This document shows positions 12,201 to 25,955 of a DNA stretch of 64,000 bases, piece by piece. This DNA is from Pseudovirgaria hyperparasitica (taxonomy: Eukaryota). The stretch is from assembly GCA_010093815.1 (NCBI GenBank), contig ML996576.1; one strand, written 5' to 3'. Within the stretch, counting starts at the first letter, position 1. Each line of letters begins with the position of its first letter. Below the pieces are notes generated by a model. The model saw only the letters and a list, made by a program, of their open reading frames with translations, ran no database searches and was not told the DNA's origin. A program made the position numbers and the translations under genes.

Positions 12201-14073
12201 TTCCTGTGCCTCCCGCGATGATGCTGAGCTCATTGTTTGGAAACGACAAGTTAGCTTTTCGAATTATGAACTCTCTGTTCGCGTCTTGATCGTCGACAGG
12301 CCAAGCAAAGTCAGCATCCTGAAACTCAATCGATTCGCCTGGAGTTGTAACTTCTGGGATCTCTGGAGCGTGTAGATACTTCTCCACTCGTTTCAGGCTT
12401 ACCCAGGCATCGATTGCGTTGGTTGCAAGTTCTGGAATCAGAGCAAGCGTGACCTGAATACTATTGAGCACACCCATTGTTGTGAACGCGACGCTGGGTA
12501 ACAGCTCGCCATACACGAGTGCATGAACTGCCAATGCAACGGCAGACAGCATTATAGGCCCAAACAGCCAACAAAACATAAGACCAATGTCAGCCCTGAA
12601 CGACCTCCACTGCTGGCTCAGTTCTTCGTCTCGTACTTCTTTAATTTGACTTTGAACTCTGTCCTCGTGGGCTGCAAACTTGACATGCCGAATCCCCTTC
12701 AATATTTCGGTTACAACAGCAAGTTTTCGATCGCGAACTTTCATGACATCATTCTGTGCTTTTGCGTATTTTTTCGAGAAGAAAGTGTTGAGAGGCATAC
12801 TCAGAATTTGGACAGTTAGCCCTGCGAGCAATGCTTGCCATCCCACGAGGTATCCAAGGAGGCTAAAAGATATCAAGATTTTGCAGAATGCGCCGAAGAA
12901 CCAGTTGTTCACTAGGGCAAAGTATGATACCCTGAAAACGTCGACTCCGACTAAATTGACCGTTCCTTGTTGTGTCTTGTTCTCGGCATCCTCGCTCTCA
13001 AGCCCTGACACATCGGCCACCCCCTTGACATCTTTACGTCGCAAAGCTTTGGCATAGACAAGAGCTGACAAGTGGGTACGAAAGGGAACTTGGATGTAGG
13101 AGTATGAGATGTACCAACCGACGCTCTCAACGAATTGTGTTAGGAAGAGAAAAACGCCGAGCAGGACAACCCACAACGCGATCGGTGCACTCTGGTCTCC
13201 GCTTGCATGTCGGCTCTCTAATGTTCGCAACAACATGAGCATGGCAACAGAAGGCGCTTGGACTGTAATCGCATCCATGAATGTCATGAAATACTGTGCG
13301 GCTAGCGCCCCACGATGGCAGCGAAGTAGCAGACGAAACAAGGTCTGGTCAGGCTGGAGCTCAGGGTGTGTATTGAGAAGCCAGCTGGATCTGCTTTGGT
13401 ATCCCAATATGGGTACATCGTCCATTGTCAGCCAGCTCTTGGCACGCACCAAATCCACGAGCTCAGCCATCCAGGTGAAAGTCAGCCTGTTCAACAAGGA
13501 AACTGTCCGTTCCCCATCCACATTTTTGCCTCCCAGAAACACTTTAGGACGTCTTGGAACTAGCATACCAGAGACAAATGCAGCAATCGAGCAAAGCACA
13601 TCAACGAGAAGCAATGCCTTTACTGTCCGTCCGTTCCATTGGGTGTAAAGCAAGCTCGCGGTAATGGCCACAATAGCATGACTGAGAGCGGTGTATGCAG
13701 AGCTGTTGAAGCGTCGAATCGGATTTCGTTCTAGAGCAACGTTGATGCCCTGTATCAGAATTGCAAAGTGTTCGCCTGCATGGAGCCATGCTGGCAGAAG
13801 TATATTGTTACCATGTTTCGCAGGGGTCGAAGAGACTGCAAGTGCGAACGATGATGACAGGGCGAGGACTGAAACCACGAGCAGAGATATGATAGGACCT
13901 TTGGCAGAAAATTGTTTCTGACTTTGTTCTGTTGCGACTCCGTCCACATCTTCGTAAAAGCCACTCCCTTTTTCAGATTTCCTACGCCGGGCAATGTTGA
14001 TGGCAGCAAGAAGACTAGGAAGGCCGATCAGCGCGAAGCTTACAACTACTAGGATTGTCGTAAGCGGAAGCAT
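9291..14073 (-). CDS. ABCC/MRP-family ABC transporter (YBT1/bile-acid transporter-like), multi-exon
   Basis: Two TMD-NBD halves: Walker A GGTGSGKS with signature VSGGQKWRITLARA, and GRTGAGKS with LSQGQRQLLCLARA plus ILDEATSAVD; ORFs 11008..14142, 10707..11054, 9291..10640. Confidence 0.93.
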
Positions 14074-14723
14074 TGCACTGCTGTTGGTCAAAATCAAGGC
14101 AGCTCCATGGCAACTCTGGTGAGATGGAAGATATATGGGCAAGCGTATGAGTCAGGATGAAATGATGATGGCCAGAGTTTGCGCGACAACAATGGATCAG
14201 TGCAGATGGGGGCGGATTGATGAATGATGGTAAATCTGATCAGACGCGGTGTCCGTTTGCGTCGATCTCTAACGTGAGGGGGCCGGAGAACCGCACGGTG
14301 CACCACTGGACGGGACTACAGAGACTAAAGACCCATCCATCAATTCATTTTATTTACCTAGGATGTTTACACTACATTCATAGTGAAGAATACCATGATT
14401 CATCCATCATCTGACTTGCTTTCGCCTTTCCGGACAAGAGTAGAATGTGTCACTGCGTAGTTGTCGTAGTTACACCACCGTGGCGCATATTAGGCAACAA
14501 CGCTAGCGCTAATTAGTTTCATGGATCGGACCCGAATCTATTCCAGAAGTCGAATTCGGAACTTCATTATCGATACCGACCACTGGACACTCCCTAGACA
14601 GATCTCCCGGTTTGCACTGTCAGATACCGATTGTTTTGGCAGTGGTGTTACTCATTAGCTATTGTGGTGTTATACATGACAATCATCAAACTCCTCTCCA
14701 TGTGAAAGTGGCTCTTGCCTGGG

Positions 14724-16190
14724 TTACTCCGAGCTGGCATTGCTTGCCTTCGCCCATTCTTCGCTTTCATCAAGACCCAGATCATGTTTCCGGTAGGAAA
14801 CATCAGACTCTTCTGCTTCGGAATCTGCGCCTTCGCTCGTTGCACTGCGTTGAACAACGTCAGGCTTCGATCCCTGCAAGTCACTTCTTTCCTCGCTGTC
14901 TGCATCGAAATGTTCGGATGCAAAGCCTACTGTCTTCCCGTTCGAAGTTGGACGGGGTACTTCTTCCAAGACATCGCCAGCCCATGGTCTACACTCTTTG
15001 ACCATATCACCACAGCGTAAACAAGTCCAACCTTGCCCTTCCTCGCCCTCTATTCTCTGAACCAAGCAGACATAACAATACACATGACCGCATGGTATTG
15101 TTTCGTAGGGGTTCGTTATGTCTGTAGCGGCTGAACCAATCACGCCACCAGCACCGGACGACTGGGCCATAATTTCGGTCTCAGATGTGCCAGACGATGG
15201 ATTTTGATCTTGGTAGCAGATCGCACAAGTCCGCTCCGGCAGGTAACCATATTCTCCAAGGCTAGTATCTTCTTCAGTTGAGTCCGGGGTGCGGCCCAGA
15301 ATGCTCTTTGTAACGAAGGTTCTGATTTTTCGCCACGTCCTAGACAGTATCCGACGCCAACGCGAGATTCCCACGAGAGGCAATAAGAATAAGAGAAACT
15401 CAGTGAATGCATGCCATACAAGCTGACGATTCAAGTATTCGAAAGAGACTTCTCGAGAGGTTGCATGCGAGGTAGGTGTAAGTCGTAGTCGAAGTACTCG
15501 ATCAAGGAGGGTTCGGTACCGCCCATTCGTCAGAAACACGAGGAAGGAGGACATCGCCGCCAAGGAGTGAATGTTGCTCAGAGTCGTAGTCAGACGGGAT
15601 AGTTGCTGCATTATTGGTGATTCCATAGCATCTGGATCATCCGGGCGAGATAGCAGATAATCTTCCCACTTAGTCCAGCCATATCTACATCCAACCGTCA
15701 GCAGTCCATATAGTCCTTTCTGCCACGACTTAGGCGGAGGCCTGGCTAGACTGTTGTCGCGAGCATCTGTGTATCGCAAGCCCTGTAGGGATGCCCCGTA
15801 TGATGCATTGTGGTCCCAGATCGTGAGTTTAAACAGAATTGCGCGCAATGCCAAGAGTATCTCTGCTGAGTATTCATCCCTCAAATGAGATCCATAGTAT
15901 TTAAGACCTTCCCCAACCTGGCCTTTCAGTAAGTCGAGAAGTTCCTCGTCAAGTAGTTCTGCATCGATCTGTCCTACGCGGAACGCAGGATGTGTGCCCT
16001 CTCTTCCCTTGACACCATCCCAGAGACTGTTTCCAAGGCTGCCTAGCCGGCTGAGTGGTCTGGGGAGGCTTGACAGTGTCACGGCCTGCGCTGCGCGATG
16101 CGCGTCTTCGCGAGCTCGATTCTCTGCAACGCGCTGTCGACGTCGGTTGGCTAGGCGCTGCTGCGCGGCGGCGAAGTCGGCTGTTGGCAT
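14724..16190 (-). CDS. PEX2: Peroxin-2, peroxisomal RING ubiquitin ligase
   Basis: RVGQIDAELLDEEL, SYGASLQGLRY, GRYRTLLDRVL, SREVSFEYLNRQLVWHAFTEFLLFLLP and split RING CAIC...PCGHVYCYVC...CLRC. Confidence 0.95.
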   Translation of the reverse strand: MPTADFAAAQQRLANRRRQRVAENRAREDAHRAAQAVTLSSLPRPLSRLGSLGNSLWDGVKGREGTHPAFRVGQIDAELLDEELLDLLKGQVGEGLKYYGSHLRDEYSAEILLALRAILFKLTIWDHNASYGASLQGLRYTDARDNSLARPPPKSWQKGLYGLLTVGCRYGWTKWEDYLLSRPDDPDAMESPIMQQLSRLTTTLSNIHSLAAMSSFLVFLTNGRYRTLLDRVLRLRLTPTSHATSREVSFEYLNRQLVWHAFTEFLLFLLPLVGISRWRRILSRTWRKIRTFVTKSILGRTPDSTEEDTSLGEYGYLPERTCAICYQDQNPSSGTSETEIMAQSSGAGGVIGSAATDITNPYETIPCGHVYCYVCLVQRIEGEEGQGWTCLRCGDMVKECRPWAGDVLEEVPRPTSNGKTVGFASEHFDADSEERSDLQGSKPDVVQRSATSEGADSEAEESDVSYRKHDLGLDESEEWAKASNASSE

Positions 16191-16596
16191 GTCATCTGGG
16201 GAGCAAGATCATTGCCCTCGTTGCTATCCCGAGGATAAGACGAGATCAGGGTGACCTTTGGAGGAAGCAAAGCTTCGGCGATGACAATGGAGAATGTTCG
16301 AGTGCGTATTGCAAGCCGAGGCAAACTGTCCAGTGCTACCAAGCCTGGCTAGCTCCGCAAAATATCGGCGCGTCTCCCTAAAATGCGCGTTGGTGGTGCG
16401 CGCTAATAGTGGTACACTCTCAGGACTCTGGGCAAGGCTGATCCTACCAGTGATGCCCCACCAAAGCTACCGAACTGTTGACTGAAGCTATTCATAGCTT
16501 AGAAAAGACAACAAAATGGTTTGAACCTATAGTGCGACCTCGATCAAGCACAATTTAACCTTGTGAACAACCGAATCTGCAAAAGTATCTCCCACG

Positions 16597-19500
16597 ATGG
16601 ATGTGGAAGGTCCTATTGAGGTTCCTGGAGAGGCAAACCCTCTTACGGAGGGGATCCTCTTCAACGTGCTTCGCTCAGCATCCTCGAGTGATCCACAACA
16701 GATTCAAAGCGGCACTAAACAACTACAGAAATGGGAAACATCAGAGGGCTTTTATCCTCTACTACAAGTAAGCATATTCGGGCGTGTCTATCAAACATTG
16801 GGGCTCATGACTTTTCAGACCGTGTTCATTGACCAGCGAGTCCCTCGAGATGTCCGATACCTAGCCATAATAAAGCTCAAGAATGGCATCGACAAATATT
16901 GGAGGAAAACTGCCACTAAGTACGTCTTTGAGGTATCGCACACGTATCCATACATTGACCGACACTGTCTAGTGCGGTTAGCAAGGAGGACAAAGCAAAG
17001 ATACGCGCGAGACTGCTCGAGAGTGGCATAAATGAAGCCGACGCACCGCTTGCTCTTCAGAATGCTATTGCGGTGGCAAAGATTGCAAGATTTGAATATC
17101 CGAATGATTGGTACCATGCTGTCATGACCTAGGAAGAGGACGGTTATGCAACTGACATTTCCCAGGCCGGATGCGATACAACAGCTTCTAAACATCCTGC
17201 GTCAATCCATACTGCCAGGAGCTTATCGTCTACACCTTCCACGCGCACTGCTCATACTTCTGCACCTCATAAAAGACCTATCTGCAGGCCGTCTGTTACG
17301 GACAAAACAGAATCTTCAGGCCATCGCCCCTGAAATACTGCATGTGCTGGGAAAAATATATTTAGAGAAGGTCCAGATTTGGGAAACCTTTCTTCGTCAA
17401 GGTGGAGATGACGAAGGAGGAGCACTCGATGACATTGAGACTAGCTTAATGGCCATCAAGGCCTTACGTCGTCTTTTGATTACGGGTTATGAATTTCCGC
17501 ACAGAGATGCCGACGTTCAGCAATTCTGGGCCATTACCCTGCAAAAGCTTACTGAATTCAAAGAATTTCTTCCCAAAGACAGTCCTCTGTCTATAGAAGT
17601 GCAAAGACGGATCGCCAGGCATCTCACGCAATTGAACAAATTGCATGTGGATATGGCGAGGACACATCCCTCCGCTTTCGTTCTGCTACCTCAATTCTCC
17701 AACATCATACAAAGCTATTGGGACACTATCATGCAAGTGGGAGAGACCTTTGGAATACGGTCAGTCGATGACATTGGGGGTTATGTTGGCAGTGATGGTG
17801 ATGCCGGCGATGAATACGAAGACGTCACCTCGATTCTCGAAAGATCTTGCCAACGTGGCCTTCTCATTTTCCGAGCTTGTATCAAAATGGTATTCAATCC
17901 AGCACAAACCTTCAAGTATCGCCAGGAGAAGGAAAAGGAAGAAAGGACTCAAGCGCAGCAAATTGTCAAGGAGCAGATTCTCACCGAAGGCTTTGTCAGA
18001 ACCATTCTCGAGTTGGTCATCACCAAATTCTTTGTGTATCGTCAGAGTGACCTCCGGCAATGGGAGGAAGAACCGGAAGAATGGGAGAAACGTGAAGATG
18101 CGGAGGGCGAGGACTTTGAGTTCTCTATTCGTTCGGCTTCTGAAAAGTTGTTTCTCGATTTGGCAATCAATTTCAAGAATATTGTGATAGAGCCTTTAAT
18201 CAATGTCTTCTGCTCAGTCTCCAGTAAGTCTGTCCGAGCTCCAAGTCTTCCGTTGTTCTGACCTTAGGAGCTCCAAATGAAACTGCCATATTATCCAAAG
18301 ACTCGATATATACAGCCATTGGTCTGGCAGCACCAGTCCTATCTCAGCACCTCGACTTCGATGCTTTCATAAATAACACGCTTTTGCAGGAGGTGCGCCA
18401 GACATTCCCAGGTTGCAGTCTTCTACGTCGACGGATTGCCATCCTGCTCGGCCAATGGATAACAGTCAAGGTCTCCAATGACTCAAAACGCCCGGTATAC
18501 CATATATTTGAACAGCTCCTTGATAGGAATGACATCTCGAATGATCAAGTCGTACGTATCACAGCAGCCAGACATTTCAAGCATGCAGCAGACGAATGGG
18601 AATTCAAGCCGGAGAACTTTCTGCCTTATGCACCTACTGTTCTCACCCGCATAATGGAGTTAATAGAAGAAGTGGAATTGTCGGAGACGAAAATGGCTTT
18701 ACTCAACACCGTTAGTGTCATTGTCGAGGGACTGGAGCAGCATGTACGTGCAAGCCAATGTGTGGCAGTGGCCTGTACTAACTCACGATAGATAAGTCCC
18801 TACGCAGATCGAATTGTCAAACTCCTGTCACCTCTGTGGGACCAGTCCGGACAGGAACATCTCATGAAGCAAGCAATACTTGTGATCTTGGCTCGTCTCA
18901 TCAACGCCATGCGAGCTGAGTCTCAAGTATATCACAGTCTTGTTTTGCCAATCATTAAAGGCGCTGTTGAGCCCGAATCAGTAATTTCATGTCGTTCTTT
19001 TCGTCTTCTGCAGGAGCTGACTCACTCATTCAGGAAACTCGGCTATATTTACTGGAAGATGCCCTAGACCTGTGGGGTGCCATTCTTGCGCAGTCGCCTG
19101 CACCAGCCTCTGCAGACCTGATCGCACTAGCACCATACCTGCTCGATGTCTTGGAGACTGGATCAGACGCATTACGAATATCGTTGGATTTGACACAGTT
19201 ATACGTGCTACTTGCACCATCAGACATTCTCTCGGACCAATTTCGTGGTCCTCTGATTCAGCGATTAGCCAGTCTCATGGGCACGCTGACGCCAGACGCA
19301 AACGGCACTGTGACTAGTCTTACTGAGATCATTATCCGAGCAGCTCATCAGTTTGGCGGGGAGCAAGCTATACAGGTCCTTGTAGGAGACATGGTCAGCA
19401 CAGGCTTCCTTCCCAGGCTAATCAAGGGCCTGAAGGGCGCATGGGCAGCACATCAACGCACTGGTCCTAAGGCTCCTGCTTCCTCGGTAGATGGTATCGT

Positions 19501-20111
19501 TGAAACCGACTATTTCGCCGTTCTAGCGCGCATCGGCACCGCGAGTCCACAAGTCTTGCTTGAGGCCATCAATATGTCTCTACCAGATGAGAATCCAGAA
19601 GAAACCATGAAGTGGCTTCTGGAAGAATGGTTCAGCCACTTTGAGAATATCGCAGACCCGCCCCGCAGGAAGCTGATGGCGTTGCTGTTCGCACGGCTTA
19701 TGGAAACCAATGCAGATTGGATCCTGGCCAAGCTTCAGGATCTCATGACGGTATGGACAGATGTCATCATTGAATTGACCGATGGCACAAATGATCAATC
19801 GACCGAGTACGTAACTATGTTTCCCTTCAAAAACACTATTAATGCTAACACGATGCTGTAGCTGCCTTGTATGGGCCCCACCTGATCCCAACACTGTCGA
19901 CCTAAGCGCTCAGACCCCCGAGGATGCTCGCATGTCCGTACTCGTATATGCCGATGTGGTACATACTGTAAACATAGTCGCGCTTGTCCGTGAGCGCATC
20001 CAAGCAAGCATCACCCTCTGCGGAGGCCAAGAGAGGTTCCACGAACTTTGGCTCGTCAACGTGGACAAGGAGGTCATCGCTGCATTCAGCAAACTGGAGG
20101 GTGTCATGTGA
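16597..20111 (+). CDS. KAP120: Importin-11 / karyopherin Kap120-like (multi-exon)
   Basis: Importin-beta N-terminus (QLQKWE..GFY, RYLAIIKLKNGIDKYWRK), WEEEPEEW, LLRRRIAILLGQW, YLLEDALDLW motifs across ORFs 16597-20111. Confidence 0.88.
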
Positions 20112-20387
20112 GCGTTTTATGGGACATGGGAAACACTACGATGCGCACGTAGATTTGCCCGCAATGGTTTGTTTCTTGTGGTTATGGTGCATAGCGATAT
20201 ATACCCTCCCTGATGCATTCGTTCCTGATAGATATGAGTTGATGTGGTACCTGGCACAGGCTCGTGTTGACATAGCAGGTAATTCGGCATTCAAAAAATA
20301 ATTCGCTCTAATACTCTTCTACGAAGGTGTTATCCGCTCGCAGCTAATAGCGCACAGCGCATATCAGTCGTCGACTGCGATGGAAGC

Positions 20388-21143
20388 TCAGCAATCTATG
20401 TCGACATTATCCATACAATGCCCACACCATCCGCATTCTTTATCACAGAGCCCGAATTCAGTTCCCTTGCTACCATGGTCATACCCATACTCATACTCAT
20501 AAAACGACTGTGACCCGTGATATAACCCTCCTCCTCCACCTCTTCTCCATCCTCCTCCCCCACTTTCACTCCCGTTCTCCCCCCTCTCCAACCCCAGCCT
20601 TGTCCTAGTCCTTGTTTTCTTCCCACCGGCAACCATCACCTTCTTCTCTTTCTTCTCCTTCTCCTTCTTCCCTCCAACAGGCACATTCCCACCCCTCCTC
20701 GCCGCCCCCGAACCAGACACAAATCCACCCGACCGATGATACCCAAGTCCCGCATTTACCAGCCCATCAAAGGAGTGCGCATACCCACTATACACTCGAT
20801 CTTCGGGATACATATCCGCGTCAATTCCCGCCTCATCCAGTATCAGCGCGCTCATGCGTTCGAAGAGGTCTGTGTCTATGGCCTCGCGCGCCTGTGATGT
20901 TGGTGTGGGTACTGGGGGGTTGGTAGAGGCGGGCAGTGCGGGGACCAAAGGAAAGTCAGCGTGAATATGCACAGTATCCTGATGAAGACGCATGGCATCT
21001 ACGCTGCAGAACGGAGCTTGACAGGATGGGCAGTGGAATTGTGATGGAGGGGGTATGGATGTGCCGCCGAGGTGTTGGGTGAGTGCGAGTTGGCGTTTGA
21101 ATGGTTTGCGGCAGAGGGTGCATTGTAGTGGTTTTGAGAGCAT
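20388..21143 (-). CDS. C2H2 zinc-finger protein with C-terminal Cys cluster
   Basis: CTLCRKPFKRQLALTQH and CPSCQAPFCSVDAMRLHQDTVH fingers; basic/Gly-rich tract; ends GLCDKECGWCGHCMDNVDIDC*. Start placed at aaaatcATG (21143). Confidence 0.7.
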   Translation of the reverse strand: MLSKPLQCTLCRKPFKRQLALTQHLGGTSIPPPSQFHCPSCQAPFCSVDAMRLHQDTVHIHADFPLVPALPASTNPPVPTPTSQAREAIDTDLFERMSALILDEAGIDADMYPEDRVYSGYAHSFDGLVNAGLGYHRSGGFVSGSGAARRGGNVPVGGKKEKEKKEKKVMVAGGKKTRTRTRLGLERGENGSESGGGGWRRGGGGGLYHGSQSFYEYEYGYDHGSKGTEFGLCDKECGWCGHCMDNVDIDC

Positions 21144-21864
21144 GATTTTGGGTGGGTTTGGTGGTGGTGGGTAGATGTGGTTGGGAGGTTGAGGTCTGAA
21201 TGTAAAGGGACGATTGGGGATAGATGATGGAGTTGTGAGGCGGGTTTGTTCATATGGATGGATGGATAGATCCATGTGTGTGCGGGGCATCTGTGGTATC
21301 CCTGTTCTGTCTCTCACTCGTGCTCGCTAGGGAGTGTGGATTGTAAGGTGCAGAATGTGTTTCTTACGATGGGATAACGGCTGAATGGCTTCGTGTCATT
21401 GCATGAGATTATGATGACCTGTAAGTGGTCATCGACTGTGGGATCTACGGTGATCACGTCGGATTTATTTGGTTTCTGTGTAACACTGACCTATGGCTAC
21501 TGATACCAAGCACGAGTTTTATTCATCCTAAAGATACATAGGAGTAAGTGGATGATATACAATTCTACTAGGCTGTGCCGTTGTGGCTTGCAGATTCACG
21601 TTCTGGGATCTGCCATTAGAGCTTTATGACTTCGCTGATATTAAGATCCAAACCGCTAGATATCTGACTGTTTGTTTTGAAGTAGACTTTAACGCTGTGG
21701 GTGGCATGGCACTGACTGCGCAAAGCATGAGGAGGCCTGGGAAGTAACAGATCGGAAGACTAAACCAACGAAAATTACCATTCAAACCCGATCGAAAGTT
21801 TCTGGCCATTATGACAACAACAGCTATTTGTCATATTACCACGAGGAGCAAGATGAACAGCTTA

Positions 21865-23843
21865 TCATGCACTCCCAACACCCCTAAATGATGGTCTCAG
21901 GGTATGATGAAGTGGCTTGATATCCCTTGCCTCCGACTTGTGCTCATCATGTCCCGGTCTAACTGTTTTCTTTAGACTATGTTGAAGTGGCACAATGACT
22001 TTTCCTTCCTCGAGACTTTTGACGACGCGCTCATTGCGTCTATACCAAGCATAGGCTGAAATGTTGACGATACTAGTGAGTATAACTGTCACGACCCAAT
22101 AGATCCAATGGTTCCCTGAAACCACTGACTCTCCCGGTCCAGCCCTCAAATTCCAGAAGGAAGTACTAAAGTATGTCTATAAAGCTGAATAAGCATTGAC
22201 CCATAAGGTAATACGATCCGAACGACGGCTCTACATACCGCGGTAAACGTGGCAGGGAGAAACACCATGGTGACTACAGATATCGCTTTCATTGCTTTAG
22301 CGTCCCGGAGTGAAGTCGTAGCAATTTTGCGAGAACTGTCGGCCAACTGCGCCATGAGCTTATTATCTTGCCGCGCTCCCCTGGCAAGTACAGCTGATTC
22401 TTGAGCTATAGCCTGGGAATAGTAGTTGTCTCTCTGCGCCATGAGACTGCTGATCTGTTCCATGCATCAGTCGAGTAACCAAAGTCTAGATGGCTTTAAG
22501 TGACTGTACAAGATCTCGGACCCTTCCTAGACGGGCAAGCTGATGATCCACGGCTCTCCAGCAACCATCGTTGTACGCTTTGAGCGAGATTATTTTCGAA
22601 CCCATCCACTTGATCGCGACATCGTCGTCTGCTTTGCTGACATCATTGACGATTTGAGAATGCATAGCGCTGAGACAATGCAGCGCGTTATTTACTTCCT
22701 TGCATATACAGTCGTTTCCCCCGAGGCCCCTGTAACGTATTCAATCAGACAAGACCAAATAATGCTACAGGACTAGGGCATCGGTGGAGAGGCTGGTAGA
22801 GGTGTGGCCTCACAGATACCACATCACTGTGTCGGTTGTTACTTACTCGTTTAGTGCATTAATTTGGACGATAAGCCCCTCAAGATCGACTTGTTCTCAG
22901 TACTTATCACCGCTGTCTATCAGATAGATCGCAAGGGTGTCCGCATCTTTTTGCCTGAAGCCAATGCTATCATTGAGATCAGTGATGCATTTGCCGATGT
23001 TCAATGATTTCTGCCTAACACGAGCAATGGTCATTTCGATCACGAGGAGACACGCCGATGTTGGATGGATCGCTTTCTCCCGAAGATGGGTCAATTGGCG
23101 AGTCATCACTGTTATTTCACGATCCTCTAGACCATGTACAAAACAACATATAGAGCCGTCTGCGGGATCGCGTGTGGCTCCGATCGTAACACGCATACTT
23201 CTCCATGCCAGGGGACCCTGTTACATCTTGTCACAAGTACCTCTGTAAAGTATCCCTGGTGGTCCCATGCATTAGTTGGTATTGACTCATAAAGTAGAGA
23301 AGTAACCGGAGTATGGCAGCCAACATACCCTCAAAGCTCGACTCAAACAATCCGGAATCCGTACCATAGACAAGTGTGGGCCCAATTGCAGCCAGAATTA
23401 GGAGCCTTTGCGGTAAATGGAATGCTTCCAGGATGCGATCCACAGAGCTTCGAGTCGCTTGAAAACAATGCTTCCCATTTTCGCGCAGGATTGGATCCGT
23501 TGGCATTGCTCTAATAGGACATGGCTCAGCTCGCATTCACAGGACTTACGATAACTCACATCAGCCGAAAGCTTCTAGGCTTTCTCATGGATTCACTTTT
23601 TTCTAGCCAGGCCGATAGGTCATTTTCCGTGATAGTCTGCCGGCGTAGAGTGTCCACTGATGTAGCTTCTAGGCCCTTGAAAGAAATTAACACGCTTTAA
23701 GGTGAGTGTAATTATGTTGGAAGACTCGTTCGCACATCTTGAGCGCAGAAGTAAAGGCACTCCAGCTTTGTTTGACCGGGAATCGGGAAGAAGAGGTCTT
23801 TGATCTCGGGGTTGATGAACCTTTGATATTCATAGTCGTCCAT
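21865..23843 (-). CDS. Fungal CorA-like membrane protein (multi-exon)
   Basis: C-terminal ...RDAKAMKAISVVTMVFLPATFTA...NHWIYWVVTVILT two-TM signature; upstream exons back to MDDYEYQRFINPEIKDLFFPIPGQTKLECLYFCAQD; exon boundaries approximate. Confidence 0.7.
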
Positions 23844-24684
23844 GATTATCTACTAACAAATTAGTAACACAAAAGGGACATGGCATCGACAGACTCTTGG
23901 AGGAGGTCAATGCGAGTTGGATTATGCTCTATATCGTCGTCGACGAGGCTGAGAAACTTGACATCATCGTGCATAGAAGTGTTCTCGATCGGCACTCATG
24001 ATACCCAGCCCCACCACGACCTTGATCATCAGTAAGTCGTACAGAGACGCCTTGAGAGCTTACAGAAGTGACGCCGAAAGCTTGATGATGACGAAATCTG
24101 CAGACCAACTACCAATAAAGCCTCGACTACCATCTACGCCACCGAGCGTGCATGAAACCTCGTACAGTCGTATCAAAAAGACAGAGGGTATCTAACCACT
24201 CATGACTAATTTTAACATTGTCTCCTTCAAGGCATCTTGGAACACCATGAGATTTCTAGAGGTCGTAGACTTTGTTGTGAAAGACGAGAAGAATCAATTT
24301 TCGACTGATAGCACCCGCAAGGCCTTCCTTGTACTAAATGGATCCCACTCGTGGAATATCGTCGATGGATGTTGGAGCTACGGTGATATGCTCTCTTTCA
24401 ACGGGTTTAGGGACTGACATAGCCAGTAGTTAAAGATATAAGGGTCGAATGCTGGTTGTGAAAGACATATGATGGGTCCCTTCCCAAAGCGGGTGGTCTG
24501 GCATGTGAATCAGGGTTCCACAACATCATATTGCACATTACATAGCTGTGACCAGATTAAGATTTTGTATTAATTACTTCATTAATTGCGTCCGATCGAA
24601 TCCAATGAAACTTGCAACACCAAAATATTAGTGCGCCCAACAAACTATTAAGATTTGATAATGGTATCATATGGTATAATTCAA

Positions 24685-25955
24685 CTATGCCGCGATTTCG
24701 CGATCCTGCTCACGTCCACGGTGCTCGGGCACCACGGAGGACTGGTCATCGTTGTGAAATTCGGAGCCCTCCCCGTCGACTAAATCAACACCATAAGTTT
24801 CTTGCTGCTTTGGAGCACGGCGCTGAGACGAGGCACGAGTGCGTTGGGATAGATTAGATGTAATCACAGCTTCATCAGAGACCCAATTGACGAGCGCTTC
24901 CTCGCAATCTTGTATGATGCTATTGGACATATTAGTCTTTGCTTGTCCGTAGGCATGGGGTGAAACTTACGCCTTGCTAGTCTCATAGCCATCATAGGCC
25001 TGACGAGTCTCGCCTGGTGTGACGGGGGTGTCGTCGACGAGCTCGAGAAGATGCTTTCCGTAGCCAGCGATAATTGCAAGCTTCTCGCAGTGTTCACGGA
25101 GAGCGTCAAACTGGTATGTGAATGCAGCCTTGAGCTTCTCGCGAGTAATGTTTGACAGCTGGGCCTCGGCAACGAGCGATTCAGCCTCCGCGCGAACAAG
25201 CTCCTGCTCGAGAACAACAATTTTTGGAGAGTTAGGTTCCTTATACTTTAGCTGGGCGATCTGGTCGGTAATCTTCTGCTTGCCTAGGTGACTTTAGAAT
25301 TGGATAATGCGTGGGATCAAAAATACTTACGGTCACGGCTTGGCTGTACAGAAGCTTCAATATTGCGAATGCTCTTGATCGTTACGCGGTATTGGTCGTA
25401 CTTGTCCACAAACTGGTCCTCAAGCTCACCGATCTCGTAAATCAAGACACCAAGCTTGTCGGTAACATCGGAGACGTCGTCATCACAAGCCTCACCCCAG
25501 ATTGAAAGTTGTTGCTGCGGCCAGATTAGCAGAGATTGCATTCGACTTTGGTTGTAGTGAACTTACAGCGACCTCCATGCGTTCACGGCTAACAAGTTCC
25601 ATGCTGCGCATAGTGTTCTTCTCCATCTTTACCAATTGCGAGAGCTTCTTCGCAAGATCTGGACCGAAAGCACCGCTAGCATTTTTGCGAACAGAGTGGG
25701 CTAGATAGTAGTGTTAGCCAATCGTTATCTGCATGAGGCTGCAGCAACGCCTCCAGTCTTCATTGTCGCCGGCTTCGTCTTGAACTCGTGAATATTGTTA
25801 TAAATTCTTTCGAGCGCTGCACGAGTGAGATGCTTACCGAAGTTGACCTTTCCAAACAGTCGGCCGGACTTGGTGGACGAGGTAGGTGGAGGAGGGTTGC
25901 GTAGCTGCTCCTGGGTTGGAGCGCGTGACGTGCGCATAGAGTATGTGCGATGCAT
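24685..25955 (-). CDS. PIL1: Eisosome core BAR-domain protein Pil1/Lsp1 (multi-exon)
   Basis: MHRTYSMRTSRAPT..., GAFGPDLAKKLSQLVKMEKN, WGEACDDDVSDVTDKLGVLIYEIGELEDQFVDKYDQYRVTIKSIRNIEASVQPSRDRK, LEQELVRAEAESLVAEAQLSNITRE, IIQDCEEALVNW. Confidence 0.93.

Noticed and set aside
23998..24417. Possible small spliced gene (intron-like 24188-24231)
   Set aside because: Plausible splice signals but no recognisable product; cannot be distinguished from a relic or chance.
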